Below, piece after piece: positions 55,971 through 64,000 of a stretch of DNA of 64,000 bases. The stretch is from NCBI GenBank assembly GCA_014859105.1, contig JACUUX010000002.1, positions 34,118 to 98,117 on the forward strand, written 5' to 3'. Position 1 is the stretch's first letter; every line of letters begins with the position of its first letter. A program made the position numbers and the translations under genes. The notes beneath the pieces are model-generated. The model ran no database searches, was not told where the DNA came from, and was given only the letters and a program-made list of their open reading frames with translations. This stretch comes from Nitrospirota bacterium. Its GTDB lineage: Bacteria > Nitrospirota > Thermodesulfovibrionia > Thermodesulfovibrionales > SM23-35.

Positions 55971-57728
55971 ATGTCAGAACATAACGAACAACAAGAAGAA
56001 AAAAACAACAAAACTAGGATTTATAAGTTTCTTAGAGTCTTATTCCACCCGCGCGATTTTTTGGGTATTCTGAGCGAAGACCGGTATAAAAGTCTTAAAA
56101 TAAGGATAGTCCTCCTCGATGCTGTACTTTCCCTGCTTCCCCTCTTTATTGTAGTTACGATAAGTTATTTCTGGTTCCAGCAGATATTGAAGGATGATTT
56201 CAAGAATCAACTGAAGTGGGAGCTTGAGAATACCAAACAGTCCATAGAGTTTTTTTTGGAAGAAAGACTCTCCATACTAAGGTTCATCACTTCGACCTAT
56301 ACCTATGAGCAGTTGTCGGATCAAAGGACCCTGTTTGACATTTTCACCAAATTCAAGCGGGAATTCCCCGGCCTTGCCGATATCGGAGTGATAGACGCCA
56401 ATGGTATTCAGCGGACATATTCAGGACCCTATCGCCTGGCTGGAGCGGATTATTCCAATCAGACCTGGTTCAATGAGATTGTCGTCCGCTCTTCCAATTT
56501 AAGCGATGTTTTTATGGGCTTCAGAAAAATACCGCATTTCGCAATCGCGGTAAAAAGGGAAGTCCCGGACAAGGGCACTTTCTGGATTTTGAGGGCCACC
56601 ATTGATATGAAAATATTGCAGAAATATGCTTCAGCCGTCAATATCAGGGAGGATGACGATGTTTTTATTATCAACCGGGAAGGGGTTCTCCAGACCCCTT
56701 CCCGATTCCACGGCAATGTGCTCGAACAATATAAAGAAAATTTTTCCTTCCGCGAGGATAACATATCCATAAAGGAAGCGGGGCAATCAGAAGGCACATG
56801 CGACATATGCGGCTATGCACCTATAAAAAACTCTCCCTGGGTTTTAGTGGCCGTTATCCGGTCAAGTCCTTATGCGAAGATACCTAATATATTCAGAAAC
56901 GAGCTTTTGTTTATAACGATTATCAGTATTTTCTTCAGCATCGCTGTTACAATCGCTCTGGTGCAAACCGTTGTAAACCGGATAAAAAAAGCCGACCAGG
57001 CAAGGGAAGTGGCAATTGCCGAGACCGAGCATGCCAGCAAAATGGCATCGATCGGCAGACTCGCAGCAGGGGTTGCGCACGAAATCAATAATCCCCTTGC
57101 TATTATCAACGAAAAGGCCGGCCTTATGAAAGACATCCTTGAGGGATCCCGGGATCTGCAGCAAAAAAGGGAGAAATTTCTGAGCTTGATCGGCGGGATA
57201 TTCGACAGCGTCAACCGTTGCCGCACTGTCACCCACCGTCTCCTGGGATTTTCGAGGAGGATGGATATCAGCCATGATACGATAGACATAAATGATGCGC
57301 TTAATGAGGTCATCGGGTTTCTGGAGAAAGAGATTATTTACAGAAACATCCGCCTGGATCTTGATCTGAGAAAAGATATTCCAAAGGTTGTGACCGATAA
57401 AGGACAGGTGCAGCAGGTATTCCTGAATATTATTAATAATGCGATCGATGCTGTTCAAGAAAAAGGCCTCATTAAGATTTCTTCATATTCCAAAGATGAG
57501 CATTTCGTCAGAGTATCGATAAAAGACAACGGAAGCGGGATCCCGCGGGATAAACTTAAACATATTTTTGAACCATTCTATACTACAAAAGGGAAAGGAA
57601 CAGGCCTCGGACTCTCTATCTCCTATGGGATAGTTCAGCGGTTGGGAGGATCAATCCATGTGGAAAGCGAAATCAATAAAGGAACGAACTTTTTTGTTGA
57701 TATCCCCATCCGGTCTGAGACTGTGTAA
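55971..57728 (+). CDS. Sensor histidine kinase (TM - Cache-like domain - TM - HisKA - HATPase)
   Basis: H-box AAGVAHEINNPLAII. N-box FLNIINNAIDAV. G1 IKDNGSGIP. G2 GTGLGLSISYGIV. ATG at 55971 preferred over the track start at 55929. Confidence 0.88.
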   Translation: MSEHNEQQEEKNNKTRIYKFLRVLFHPRDFLGILSEDRYKSLKIRIVLLDAVLSLLPLFIVVTISYFWFQQILKDDFKNQLKWELENTKQSIEFFLEERLSILRFITSTYTYEQLSDQRTLFDIFTKFKREFPGLADIGVIDANGIQRTYSGPYRLAGADYSNQTWFNEIVVRSSNLSDVFMGFRKIPHFAIAVKREVPDKGTFWILRATIDMKILQKYASAVNIREDDDVFIINREGVLQTPSRFHGNVLEQYKENFSFREDNISIKEAGQSEGTCDICGYAPIKNSPWVLVAVIRSSPYAKIPNIFRNELLFITIISIFFSIAVTIALVQTVVNRIKKADQAREVAIAETEHASKMASIGRLAAGVAHEINNPLAIINEKAGLMKDILEGSRDLQQKREKFLSLIGGIFDSVNRCRTVTHRLLGFSRRMDISHDTIDINDALNEVIGFLEKEIIYRNIRLDLDLRKDIPKVVTDKGQVQQVFLNIINNAIDAVQEKGLIKISSYSKDEHFVRVSIKDNGSGIPRDKLKHIFEPFYTTKGKGTGLGLSISYGIVQRLGGSIHVESEINKGTNFFVDIPIRSETV

Positions 57729-57739
57729 GGAGGAAAATT

Positions 57740-58117
57740 ATGTCACAAACCAAGGTTTTGCTGGTAGATGACGAAATCGAATTCGTTTCGGCCCTCGCAG
57801 AAAGACTGCAATTGCGCAATTACAATGTAAAAACCGGCCATACCGCCCTAGAAGCAATGGGTTTTATCCATCAGTTCATGCCCGATGTGGTCGTACTCGA
57901 TCTGAAGATACCTGGGATGGACGGCCTGGAGGCACTGAAGACTATCAAAAAATTGGACCCAACTATCGAAGTCATTATGCTGACAGGGCACGGAGATGTC
58001 CACAGCGTGGAAGAAGGGATGAAGAGCGGCGCTTTCGAATACATTATGAAGCCGATCGACATAGGTGAACTGACGTCCAAAATAGATAAGGCGAAAAAGA
58101 AACGAATTAATGTGTAG
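57740..58117 (+). CDS. Receiver-only response regulator
   Basis: 125 aa. VLLVDDE, VVVLDLKIPGMDG, LTGHG and KP. Confidence 0.9.
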   Translation: MSQTKVLLVDDEIEFVSALAERLQLRNYNVKTGHTALEAMGFIHQFMPDVVVLDLKIPGMDGLEALKTIKKLDPTIEVIMLTGHGDVHSVEEGMKSGAFEYIMKPIDIGELTSKIDKAKKKRINV

Positions 58118-58135
58118 CTTTTATGGAGGTAAGGT

Positions 58136-58801
58136 ATGGAGAATAAGAACGAAGAGGATTTGAAAGCCTTGCAACTCCGCTTCGTAGGTAAGGTAATAGC
58201 GGGATTCACCCATGAAATCAAGAATTACCTGGCCATCATTAAAGAATCATCCGGATTGATAGGTGACATGATAAAAATGGGTAAATTGTCTGAAGACGAT
58301 ATTCCCGAATATCTCGACATCATTCAGTCGATCGAGGACCAGATAGGAAAAGCAACAGAACACTTTACACACCTCAACCGGTTCTCTCACAGGATGGATA
58401 CACAGATATCTGCATTTAATCTTAACGAATGCATGGAAGAACTCATTGCCCTCCTGAACAGGTTTGCAAGGCAGAAGAAGATCGTACTCGAAACGGATTT
58501 CCAGCAAGACCTGCCTCCGGTTAAAAGTAATCCTTCGATCCTTCAACTCCTTGTATTCAGTTTTCTTGAGAAGAAAATAGCCGGACTCGAAAAAAACGGC
58601 CGGATTACAGTGCGGACAGGGGCAGTGGATAATGCCGTAGCCGTAAAGATTATCCCGGAGGGAACGTTTGCTGAAGAAGATACCGATGCAGGGATGACGG
58701 CCGATAAAATCCGTGAAAATTTCATAAAACAGTTGGGCGGGAATATCTCGCAGGGAACTGCAAAAGAGACGGTCATTACGCTTCCGGTGCATGGCGTCTG
58801 A
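58136..58801 (+). CDS. Sensor-less HisKA protein with a degenerate ATPase domain (kinase-dead; possible phosphatase or phosphotransfer protein)
   Basis: 221 aa. The H-box is retained (IAGFTHEIKNYLAII). The region aligned to HATPase_c has no N-box Asn, no DxGxG and no GxGxGL (LLVFSFLEKKIAGL..., IIPEGTFAEED). Confidence 0.7.
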   Translation: MENKNEEDLKALQLRFVGKVIAGFTHEIKNYLAIIKESSGLIGDMIKMGKLSEDDIPEYLDIIQSIEDQIGKATEHFTHLNRFSHRMDTQISAFNLNECMEELIALLNRFARQKKIVLETDFQQDLPPVKSNPSILQLLVFSFLEKKIAGLEKNGRITVRTGAVDNAVAVKIIPEGTFAEEDTDAGMTADKIRENFIKQLGGNISQGTAKETVITLPVHGV

Positions 58802-58867
58802 TTTGCCGTAAGGCTTGACAACATCGAGGTTTATTGTTAAATTTAAACAATCCCAAAAAGGATTTTG

Positions 58868-59257
58868 ATGAAACAAAAAGATATCAAAGTGCTGGTCGTC
58901 GACGATGAAGTCGCTTTTGCCAATACACTGGCCCAGCGCTTAAGGATGAGAGATATGGAAGTGGGCACCGCTTATGACGGCGAACAGGCGTTGTCAAAAT
59001 TAAATAAAGAGGCGCCCGACGTCATTATACTGGACCTGAAAATGCCGGGTATGCACGGCATGGATGTCCTTCAGGAGATCAAAGCGGGATATCCCGAAAT
59101 ACAGGTAATCTTGCTGACCGGACACGGCACCGATAGAGATGGGGAAGAAGCCAGGAGACTCGGCGGATTTGATTTCCTGAACAAACCTGCCGACATCGAC
59201 CATCTCGAGTGCAAAATCCGGAAAGCTTTCCAGGAGAAGCTTAAGAGGACTGTATAG
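58868..59257 (+). CDS. Receiver-only response regulator
   Basis: VLVVDDE, VIILDLKMPGMHG, LTGHG and NKP. Confidence 0.9.
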   Translation: MKQKDIKVLVVDDEVAFANTLAQRLRMRDMEVGTAYDGEQALSKLNKEAPDVIILDLKMPGMHGMDVLQEIKAGYPEIQVILLTGHGTDRDGEEARRLGGFDFLNKPADIDHLECKIRKAFQEKLKRTV

Positions 59258-59349
59258 GCTATTGCGCTTGCATAGAAGATGAAATGTGAAACTCGAAGAA
59301 AAGTATGGAAGGACGGACATAACGATCAATATTTAAGAGGAGGATCATA

Positions 59350-59790
59350 ATGACTGAAGAAATTAAAGCGGATGTATTGTTAGTGGATGATGAGGAACAG
59401 TTCCTTAAAGTCCTTTCACAGAGGATGGAGGGACGCGGTCTGAAAGTTGATACTTCTACGAGCGGGGAGGAAGCGCTCGAGAAAGTGAAAGGGAAAGATT
59501 TTGACGCGATTGTACTCGACCTTGCAATGCCCGGCATGAGCGGTATCGAAACCCTGAAGCGCATCAGAAGCGAACACCCCGATTTGCAGATTATAATGCT
59601 GACAGGCCACGGCTCTGTTGAAAAGGGGGTCGAGGCGATAAAGGCCGGAGCGGTAGATTTCCTCGAAAAACCCGCTGATATGAACAAAATTATGGAAAAG
59701 ATATCCGAGGCTAAACGCAAGAGGGTACTTCTGGTTGAGAAAAAGAGAGAAGCACAGGTAAAGGAGATCCTTCAGTCAAAAGGCTGGTAG
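59350..59790 (+). CDS. Receiver-only response regulator
   Basis: VLLVDDE, AIVLDLAMPGMSG, LTGHG and EKP. Short charged C-terminal tail. Confidence 0.9.
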   Translation: MTEEIKADVLLVDDEEQFLKVLSQRMEGRGLKVDTSTSGEEALEKVKGKDFDAIVLDLAMPGMSGIETLKRIRSEHPDLQIIMLTGHGSVEKGVEAIKAGAVDFLEKPADMNKIMEKISEAKRKRVLLVEKKREAQVKEILQSKGW

Positions 59791-59866
59791 CAGCTACGGT
59801 TTGTCCAGTCAATTCCTGAGAATTTATGTAAAAAATAGTTTCCCACGGTCAGATAAATCCGGGAGT

Positions 59867-61087
59867 TTATTTGTTCGCTCTACTTTGCCTTATCTTTTCG
59901 TTCGCTTTTTTAATAGTCTCGCTCAGGACATTCACGTCCACAGGCTTTTCGAGATATGCAAACGCCCCTAACTGCATGCACAATTCCTTGTCCTCCTCGG
60001 AACCGTGTCCCGTAAGAATAATAACCTCGACCCGGGGGTTGGTCTGTTTTACGCGTTTTAAGACCTCGATACCGTCAATCCCCGGCATTTTCAGGTCCAA
60101 AAGCATTACATCGGGTTCTTCTTCTTTTATCATATCAAGGGCAGTTTGACCGTCATATGCGACTACAGAACCTATCTCTCGTAAACGCAATCTTTCGGAC
60201 AATGTTCGGGCAAACTGCCGTTCGTCATCCACGAGGAGCAGTCTGGAAGGCGTTTCAAGGTCGTATTTCCTCACGATATTGGATCGATAAAATTTCTTGC
60301 CTACCTTTGTCTTAACGGATTTAACGCCGACAACTTTTCCGGCAATTGCCTTCAACTCTTCCTCCAGTTTTTTCAGCATAAGCACATGTTTGTTTATTGT
60401 TATAGTCACCGCACCTTCATCAGCCTCCGCAGTAATGAAATGTCCTTTTCTGGCTAATTCGGTTTCAACCCTTGAAGCCAGAATGAAATCCTGAACTGCT
60501 TTTTTGCTGCCCGCAGAAGTTTTGAGAATATCTTTCTTCAGCGTTTCGTCGACTAAATTCGCTATATCCTCCGGTGTCATTTTATGTGTGGGCAAAAGCA
60601 TATCAAACATCGATACATCCCATAGGTCATCTTTTTCCAGGATGCTTTTTGTCCAGGCTGTTCTCTCTTCGTCACTTTTATGGATTAACTTAATGGCTTC
60701 ATTCTCGGGTATGCCGGATGAAGAAGCTATGGAAACCCTGTATTTCATATCGGCGATGAGACAAATCCTGAGAACATGAGAAATTCCCGCCGGCGCCAGG
60801 AGACTGGAAAAACCATTGATAAGGATATTATCTACGCCAAGCGTTTCTGCTACGGCAAGCTTAAGATATGCAATGGAACGTTCTTTTTCACGGGTCAGTT
60901 TATTGAAAATAGTTGTCTTTGCTGAAAATGCTTTAACTAATTTACCTTCAGGAATTTCCGACAATCTTGCGGCTTTTGAAACGATATCGGTGTCTGTAAG
61001 ATATTTGTAGCCTGTTCTCTTAAGAATCTCCTTTGTTACCGATTCTTCATTGCAATAGGTTCCTGCGGATACTGCAATAATAGACAT
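59867..61087 (-). CDS. Three-domain protein: degenerate cytidylate-kinase-like (PF13189-like) domain, BON-like domain, and receiver
   Basis: 406 aa. The N-terminus IIAVSAGTYCNEES sits where family members carry a P-loop-like ISREYGSGG. The middle segment ...ITAEADEGAVTITINKHV....IAGKVVGVKSVKTKV is BON-like. The C-terminus has LLVDDE, VMLLDLKMPGIDG, LTGHG and EKP. Confidence 0.7.
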   Translation of the reverse strand: MSIIAVSAGTYCNEESVTKEILKRTGYKYLTDTDIVSKAARLSEIPEGKLVKAFSAKTTIFNKLTREKERSIAYLKLAVAETLGVDNILINGFSSLLAPAGISHVLRICLIADMKYRVSIASSSGIPENEAIKLIHKSDEERTAWTKSILEKDDLWDVSMFDMLLPTHKMTPEDIANLVDETLKKDILKTSAGSKKAVQDFILASRVETELARKGHFITAEADEGAVTITINKHVLMLKKLEEELKAIAGKVVGVKSVKTKVGKKFYRSNIVRKYDLETPSRLLLVDDERQFARTLSERLRLREIGSVVAYDGQTALDMIKEEEPDVMLLDLKMPGIDGIEVLKRVKQTNPRVEVIILTGHGSEEDKELCMQLGAFAYLEKPVDVNVLSETIKKANEKIRQSRANK

Positions 61088-61111
61088 TTTTCTCCCTCCA
61101 TGAAATAAGTT

Positions 61112-63235
61112 CTAACTCTTACTGCCTGTGAGAAGCGGACATTCTTTCTCGGTAGCCTCTTTATGCGCAATCGGAAATACCTTGTTTATAGCCTGTTCCG
61201 GAGTATTAAAGATATGGTCCTGGCCGATTTTTTCGAGCAGATGGGTCCGCTTAAGGACTTTTAAGACCGACTCGTTCACTCCGCAGAGAGAAATATCCAG
61301 TCCGGCGCTCCTCACGCGGTCTACGAGCAGTGATAAAGTTTCCTCCCCTGATGCATCCATTTCATTAATCCCGTTAGCTACAAAGATGATATGTTTTAAT
61401 TTCTGCTTAGTCTCAATAATTCCCCTGATGCTGTCTTCCAGATAGCTTGCGTTGGCAAAGAACAGCGGTCCTTCAAATTGAACCATGGCTATATGCTCGC
61501 ATTCCTGCAGGCTGTGGGTTTGCACGCAGCGTAGCGACCAGTCTTCGTGTCTTGCCAATAAAGATATTTTTGGTTTCATGCTTTTATATAAGAATACCGA
61601 AATTGACAGCACTACGCCAATCATGATGCCTTTGTCCAGATGGGGGGCAAAGGCCAGGGTTGCGATAAACGATAAGACGGAAATAATCCCGTCATATTTC
61701 TGAGCCTTCCACGCATGAACAAATCCCGAGACGTTCAGCAGGCCGATAACCGCCATCATGATAACTGCCGCCAGGACCGATTGAGGCAAATGGTAAAGAA
61801 GAGGAGTTAAAAACAGCAGCATTATCAATACAGCTATGCTTGTAAAAGCACTTGAAAGCCCTGTAACCGCCCCTGACTGAAAGTTCACTGCCGAACGGGA
61901 AAAAGAACCGGAAACCGGATAGCCTTTCCCTACGGCGCCAAGCATATTTGCCAACCCCTGCCCGATTAATTCCTGATTCGGCTCTAGTCTCTGACCGGTT
62001 TTTCCTGCAAGTGCCTTGGCAATAGATATGGCTTCCATGAAACCAAGCAGGGAAATAATGATGGCATACGGCAGAAGGGATAAAATAGTCTTGAGGTCTA
62101 TAGGCGGAACGGTAAATGAGGGAAGACCTTTCGGAACTACGCCGATAACTGCTCCGCCGCCCATCATACGGACTGAATCTTCCTTTATCGGTTTATTTCC
62201 CACCTTTATCCTCCATATCCTGCCGTCAGGATTTGCATCACCCGGTATTTCACCTTTTAGATAAAATTTCAATGAGCCATCGGGTTGTTTCACACCGGTA
62301 AAAAATAAATTCCGCATCTCTTCTCTTAAAGAAGCTCCTTTTATTTTAAGCTCTTCCATCTTTACATTTGTAACTTCTTCATCCCGTTTTCTATTGAGCA
62401 AATCAATTTTGTTCTTGTTCTTTTTGGCTTCTTCCATCCGGACGGTATTTTCTGTCCGTTCTTTTGCCAGCATCGAAATGTCATCAAGTGTCTTATTAAA
62501 AGTTGTAATAAGTTCCGTTGCTTTTGGAGAATCAATCTTTGCTATATCAACTTTAAAATCATTTTCGAATCCAACCGCCCACGAAATGACGGTAGCAATA
62601 GTCACTGCAACGAGCACGTTCGGGATTCTAGGATTGATTTTCCTCAATACAAACATCATCGCAAAAGCTCCGATACCCATTATAAAGGTAGGCCAGTGAG
62701 TATAATGTAAGGCGGCCTGAACAACCCGAATAATTGTCTCATAGTGGTGCTCGGCTTCATCGACATAAACTCCGAACATCTTTGATAGTTGGGATGTTGC
62801 GATAATAATTGCAGCGCCGTTGGTGAATCCGTTCACAACAGGATGTGAAAGGAAATTGACAACCAGTCCGAGTCTCAAAACACCCAAAAGGAACTGAAAA
62901 GCTCCGACTATGAGAGCCAGCAGAATAGCATATGCTATGAAGCTCTCACTGCCGGCAGTTGCAAGAGGACTTAAAGATGCCGCAGTCATAAGTGAGACAA
63001 CAGCCACCGGCCCTGTTGCAAGTTGCCTGCTCGAGCCAAACAACGCAGCGATCATTGGCGGAAGGAAGGACGCATATAAACCGTAATATGCCGGAAGGCC
63101 GGCCAATTGGGCATAAGCCATAGATTGAGGGATGAGAACCAAAGCCACAGTCAGGCCGGCAAGTGCATCAGCCTTAAATTTCACAAAATTATAACCTTTC
63201 ATCCATTCCAGAAAAGGAAGAACGCGTACCAACAT
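61112..63235 (-). CDS. SulP-family anion transporter with C-terminal STAS domain and an internal insertion of about 130 aa
   Basis: GLTVALVLIPQSMAYAQLAGLP, GPVAVVSL and NGFTNGAAIII. STAS domain VQFEGPLFFANA...MDASG. The insertion covers roughly residues 225-358 (nt about 62162-62563). Confidence 0.85.
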   Translation of the reverse strand: MLVRVLPFLEWMKGYNFVKFKADALAGLTVALVLIPQSMAYAQLAGLPAYYGLYASFLPPMIAALFGSSRQLATGPVAVVSLMTAASLSPLATAGSESFIAYAILLALIVGAFQFLLGVLRLGLVVNFLSHPVVNGFTNGAAIIIATSQLSKMFGVYVDEAEHHYETIIRVVQAALHYTHWPTFIMGIGAFAMMFVLRKINPRIPNVLVAVTIATVISWAVGFENDFKVDIAKIDSPKATELITTFNKTLDDISMLAKERTENTVRMEEAKKNKNKIDLLNRKRDEEVTNVKMEELKIKGASLREEMRNLFFTGVKQPDGSLKFYLKGEIPGDANPDGRIWRIKVGNKPIKEDSVRMMGGGAVIGVVPKGLPSFTVPPIDLKTILSLLPYAIIISLLGFMEAISIAKALAGKTGQRLEPNQELIGQGLANMLGAVGKGYPVSGSFSRSAVNFQSGAVTGLSSAFTSIAVLIMLLFLTPLLYHLPQSVLAAVIMMAVIGLLNVSGFVHAWKAQKYDGIISVLSFIATLAFAPHLDKGIMIGVVLSISVFLYKSMKPKISLLARHEDWSLRCVQTHSLQECEHIAMVQFEGPLFFANASYLEDSIRGIIETKQKLKHIIFVANGINEMDASGEETLSLLVDRVRSAGLDISLCGVNESVLKVLKRTHLLEKIGQDHIFNTPEQAINKVFPIAHKEATEKECPLLTGSKS

Positions 63236-63945
63236 AAAAATAACTCCTTTTATGATCTCATTTTTTATATTGCAGATTGTAAAAAATAAATTTACACAAA
63301 CTCTGAATGATTGGTATTATGCTAATTTCTTTCTTAAATTCGATTTTCTGCCTTGGCAGACAATTTATTTTAAACAAAATAATAATATTATTACAATTTG
63401 ACTTAATTATGATAATATTATAAACTTTGAATAATCCCTCGAGATTTGCCCCATATTCTTATATTCTGGAAACCATAGAAATTCCAGACTATTGCAGACG
63501 AATTTTCCATAACCGGGATAAATATTTTTTTCATAAGAATATAAAGCATTTAAATCAAAAAAAGTATTTTGACTTAAAACTCCTTTGTGCTTTATTCACG
63601 ATTCGCTATGATGATTTTATGAACTGCAAAGTCCATAAAATTTCCTACAAAATTGCATCATTCTACAGAGTTGTAGTATCAACACAATTAATATATCTTT
63701 AAATATCAAAAGGTTATAGCTGGTATGGTTTTAGATATACAGGAAACCAGTGTAAAAATGGGGTTCTTAACAGAAATGGTTTGAAAAATAGAACAGTAAG
63801 AGATCGTGAATGCATTAAAAGAGTGTAACCGGGTCATGTCGAGGGCAGCCTGGAAACTCAGCATAACCGGAAAAATGATCGGATAAAGGATCAGCATCGG
63901 GCTTAAATAAAATTTTATTCTCAAAAAATTTTTTGGAGGAGAAGA

Positions 63946-64000
63946 ATGAAATGTCTAAAGATTTTAATTCTGTCTTTAGTATTAACAATGGTATTTTCAA
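63946..64000 (+). CDS. Start of a secreted or membrane protein; partial, runs off the right edge
   Basis: GGAGGAG at 63935-41, then ATG at 63946. MKCLKILILSLVLTMVFS looks like a signal peptide. Confidence 0.5.
   Translation, partial: MKCLKILILSLVLTMVFS

Noticed and set aside
48000-59000. Apparent higher G+C in the Mrp/phosphorelay region, as evidence for horizontal transfer
   Set aside because: Sampled lines are about 50% G+C there. The native-looking amtB is also about 55%. The shift may therefore reflect the Gly/Ala/Leu-rich composition of membrane proteins. It cannot be judged without computed codon-position statistics.
63427-63702. 91-aa ORF in the AT-rich spacer
   Set aside because: It starts with a non-ATG codon, has no RBS, has a low-complexity AT-driven composition (N/K/I/F/Y-rich), and has no recognisable motif.

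Overview
This is a bacterial chromosomal window, roughly 40-45% G+C by eye. The lineage cannot be assigned without a database search.

Positions 1-39 kb hold housekeeping and nitrogen-assimilation genes:
- a partial ABC-2 permease and an orphan GspD-type secretin;
- gatA and gatB, split by a 3.3-kb insert carrying a toxin-antitoxin pair and decayed defence genes;
- tRNA-Ser followed by SRP RNA, dnaX and ybaB, with an HNH gene where recR usually sits;
- tilS, gltX, glnS, gpsA and larB;
- a TPP riboswitch followed by thiC and thiD, then radA;
- an ExeA-like ATPase paired with a TPR protein;
- an archaeal-type split glutamate synthase;
- a GAF/sigma-54 activator, followed by a porin-amtB-PII-glnA operon.

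Positions 39-64 kb hold signalling and transport genes:
- a Cache/PAS histidine kinase with a receiver;
- an atypical PEP-utilising enzyme;
- a 16-gene co-directional array: GntR, CBS, a DASS permease, an LCIB-like putative carbonic anhydrase, and a 12-gene Mrp/Mbh-type antiporter module;
- a phosphorelay with one true kinase, one kinase-dead HisKA protein and five receivers;
- a SulP/STAS transporter with a large internal insertion.

At least five families of short palindromic repeats fill most intergenic regions up to about 39 kb. Three copies lie in frame inside essential genes: one in dnaX and two in the glutamate synthase fusion.

The most interesting candidate is the LCIB-like gene joined to a complete Mrp complex. 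It could be a new energy-coupled inorganic-carbon module.

All family assignments come from motif recognition by eye. No searches were run.
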